From Labrys monachus (GTDB taxonomy: Bacteria; Pseudomonadota; Alphaproteobacteria; Rhizobiales; Labraceae), in NCBI RefSeq assembly GCF_030814655.1, contig NZ_JAUSVK010000001.1:417043-441042 (forward strand): a stretch of 24,000 nt of DNA. The letters run 5' to 3'. The translations under genes and the position numbers were made by a program. Below are positions 22,186 to 24,000 of this stretch, piece by piece; within the stretch, counting starts at the first letter, position 1, and each line of letters begins with the position of its first letter. The notes under the pieces were generated by a model. The model worked only from the letters and a program-made list of their open reading frames with translations. It searched no databases and was not told the origin of the DNA.

Positions 22186-23679
22186 ATGGCAGGCGAGTTC
22201 ATGGTGATCGGCGACGCGCCCCTGACGATCGACGACGTGGCGGCGGTCGCGCGCGAGCGCAGGGCCATCACCCTTTCCGATGCCGCGAAGGCGCGGATCG
22301 CGGCCGCCCGTGCCGTGATCGAGAAGGCGATCGCCGACGACAAGCCGGTCTATGGCCTCACCACCGGCCTCGGCGCCGGCGTCGACACCCGGCTTTCGCC
22401 GGACGACCTGGCGGCGTTCCAGCGCCGCGTCGCCTTCGCGCGTGCCGTCGGCGTGGGCGATGCGATGCCGACGGACGAGGTCCGCGCCATGATGTTCGCG
22501 CGCATCGCCGGCATGACGGTCGGGCGGACCGGCGTGTCCCTGGCGGTGCCGCTCGCTCTGGCGGATGCGCTGAATGCCGGGCTCCACCCGATCGTGCCCT
22601 CGATCGGCTCGGTCGGCGCCGCCGACCTGGCGCCGCTGGCGCATATGGCCCTGGCGCTTCTCGGCGAAGGCGAGGCGGAGGTCGGCGGAGAGCGCTTTGC
22701 CGGCGGCCGGGCGCTGGAACGGGCCGGCCTCGGGCCGGTGCCGATCGGCCCCAAGGACGGACACGCGCTGGTCGTCGCCAACGCCGCCTCGACCGGGCGC
22801 GGCGCGCTGGCGCTCGTCGATGCGCGGCTGGCGCTCGATACGCTGGACCGCTCCGCCGCCCTGTCGATGGAAGCCTTCGGCGCCAATGTCTCGCCCCTGG
22901 CGGAAGCGGTGAACGCGGCACGGCCCGGGCCGGGGCAGATGGCGGCGGCCGCGGCCATCCTGGCGCTGCTCGTCGGGGGAAGGCTCGCGGGCGGCGGACC
23001 CGGCAAGCGGGTGCAGGATCCGCTTTCCTATCGCTGCGTGGCGCCGGTGCACGGCGCGGCGCGGACGGTGTTCGCCGAAGCCGAGGCGATGGTGGCGCTG
23101 GAGCTCAACCATTCCGGCGACAATCCGGTCATCGTCGACGGACAGCTGGTTTCCAACGGCAATTTCGACATGACCGCCTTCACCCTGCGCTTCGAGGCGC
23201 TGGCGCAGGCCCTGTCCCACGCCGCGACGATCTCGGCGCAGCGCGCCCTGAAGCTGATGTCGCCCCATTATTCCGACCAGCCGCGCTTTCTCACCCCGAT
23301 GGGGCAAAGCCGGACCGGCTTCGGCACGCTGCAGAAGGCGATCGGCGCGCTGGAGGCCGAGATCCGTTCGCGCGCCCAGCCCGCAACCCTGGCCTTGCTG
23401 CACACGGCCGACGGGGTCGAGGATCATTCTGCCAATGCGCCGGCCGCGATCACCAAGCTCGCCGAGAGCGCCGAGAGGCTGCGCGTGCTGGCGGCCTGCG
23501 AGATGGTGGTGGCGGCCCAGGCCATCGACCTGCGCGGCGAGCCGTCCTCCCTCGGGCATGGCACGGCCGGGATCCACGGCTTCGTGCGCCGCCATGTCGA
23601 CAGGCTGGAGGAGGATCGTCCGAGCGGACCGGACGTCTCGCGCCTCGCGGAGGCGATCCGGGCCGGGGGATGGCGATGA
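22186..23679 (+). CDS. Histidine/aromatic-amino-acid ammonia-lyase family homologue lacking the MIO Ala-Ser-Gly triad (497 aa)
   Basis: ATG 22186 is preceded by GAGAGAGAGG. Family motifs are VYGLTTGLGAG, GSVGAADLAPLAHMALALLGEGEA, VQDPLSYRC and VEDH. At the MIO position the protein reads GSVG-AA-DLAPLAH (codons at 22618-22626) instead of GSVG-ASG-DLAPLAH. Confidence 0.85.
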   Translation: MAGEFMVIGDAPLTIDDVAAVARERRAITLSDAAKARIAAARAVIEKAIADDKPVYGLTTGLGAGVDTRLSPDDLAAFQRRVAFARAVGVGDAMPTDEVRAMMFARIAGMTVGRTGVSLAVPLALADALNAGLHPIVPSIGSVGAADLAPLAHMALALLGEGEAEVGGERFAGGRALERAGLGPVPIGPKDGHALVVANAASTGRGALALVDARLALDTLDRSAALSMEAFGANVSPLAEAVNAARPGPGQMAAAAAILALLVGGRLAGGGPGKRVQDPLSYRCVAPVHGAARTVFAEAEAMVALELNHSGDNPVIVDGQLVSNGNFDMTAFTLRFEALAQALSHAATISAQRALKLMSPHYSDQPRFLTPMGQSRTGFGTLQKAIGALEAEIRSRAQPATLALLHTADGVEDHSANAPAAITKLAESAERLRVLAACEMVVAAQAIDLRGEPSSLGHGTAGIHGFVRRHVDRLEEDRPSGPDVSRLAEAIRAGGWR

Positions 23680-23742
23680 CGGCCGTTCCGCTGCAGGATG
23701 CGGCGGAACGCAGCCAGGCGGAAAGGCGACGGACGCGAGCGC

Positions 23743-24000
23743 ATGGCAATTCGATCTGAACTGCGTGCACGCACGGCGCAGGCGCATGACGCGCGTCGAC
23801 GCGCGATACTCGGCCTGCGACCTTGGCCGGCGCGGGCCTTATCGCGAATTCCTGCGGCTGCAGGCCTCGGTCCTCGTGCCGCTGGAGGCGATGCTGGACG
23901 CGGCGGGGGGCCGGCAGGCTCCTGCCGGACTGGCCGGCACGCCGGCGCCGACAGCAGGACGGGCCTTCTCGGTCCGGGCATGGACATGGTGGCCAAGTCC
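23743..24000 (+). pseudogene. Partial heme-oxygenase-like (BphO/HmuO-type) reading frame, apparently interrupted by +1 frameshifts; runs off the window
   Basis: The frame from ATG 23743 reads MAIRSELRARTAQAHDA. The next frame, from ~23790, reads RVDARYSACDLGRRGPYREFLRLQASVLVPLEAMLDAAG. The third frame, from ~23912, reads GRLLPDWPARRRR. Joined together they recall the N-terminus of bacterial biliverdin-forming heme oxygenases (LRxxTxxxH...YxxFLxxQ...LE...LPDW). This comparison is from memory only, and all three frames stay open in this GC-rich DNA. Confidence 0.3.

Noticed and set aside
23670-23759. A small ORF (MAMTAVPLQDAAERSQAERRRTRAHGNSI) whose start overlaps the lyase stop.
   Set aside because: It is the tail of an off-frame shadow ORF, it is Arg-rich and it has no SD. 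Nothing beyond the start/stop overlap supports it.
20726-23787. ORFs 20726..22111 (+), 22102..23787 (-) and 22149..23759 (+), overlapping the cupin, gloB and lyase genes.
   Set aside because: They are antisense or off-frame shadows, and the annotated frames carry the diagnostic motifs.
1-24000. A search for a transposase, integrase, RAYT, phage or defence-system gene that could explain the repeats or mark an island.
   Set aside because: No ORF in any frame shows recognisable transposase (DDE or Y1), recombinase, nuclease/helicase or other defence-type motifs. The window looks like core chromosome that non-autonomous repeats have colonised.

Overview
This is a visibly GC-rich chromosomal window. 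Gene content and repeat style suggest an alphaproteobacterium, possibly Hyphomicrobiales/Rhizobiales-like, but that is inference only and nothing was computed.

The window has four blocks:
1. 135-9324 (+): an eight-gene operon led by a ROK regulator. It holds an M20 metallohydrolase, two tandem paralogous sugar-type periplasmic binding proteins, an RbsC-type permease, a YhfX-like fold-type III PLP protein, a single-domain ABC ATPase and a double-SIS protein.
2. 9789-11391: a divergent argP / LysE-ArgO exporter pair.
3. 11622-20283 (-): a complete kdp locus, ordered small KdpF-like peptide, kdpF, kdpA, kdpB, kdpC, kdpD, kdpE. It has unusually long, structured gaps between genes that are normally tightly packed.
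4. 20336-24000: a solitary AbrB/VapB-type antitoxin with a possible truncated PIN-toxin stub, a DUF985 cupin, gloB, a divergent histidine/aromatic ammonia-lyase homologue whose MIO-forming Ala-Ser-Gly triad is missing, and a partial, apparently frameshifted heme-oxygenase-like reading frame at the window edge.

The window also holds at least six nested-palindrome (REPIN/MITE-like) elements. Several lie inside operons, and one supplies the last codons and the stop of argP.

I recognised no rRNA, tRNA, CRISPR, transposase, integrase or phage-defence gene. I cannot claim a clearly novel system. The best candidates for follow-up are the ROK-led catabolic/transport operon, the MIO-less lyase homologue, the repeat family and the atypical kdp leader architecture.

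All family assignments rest on motifs read by eye and recalled family signatures. No searches were run.
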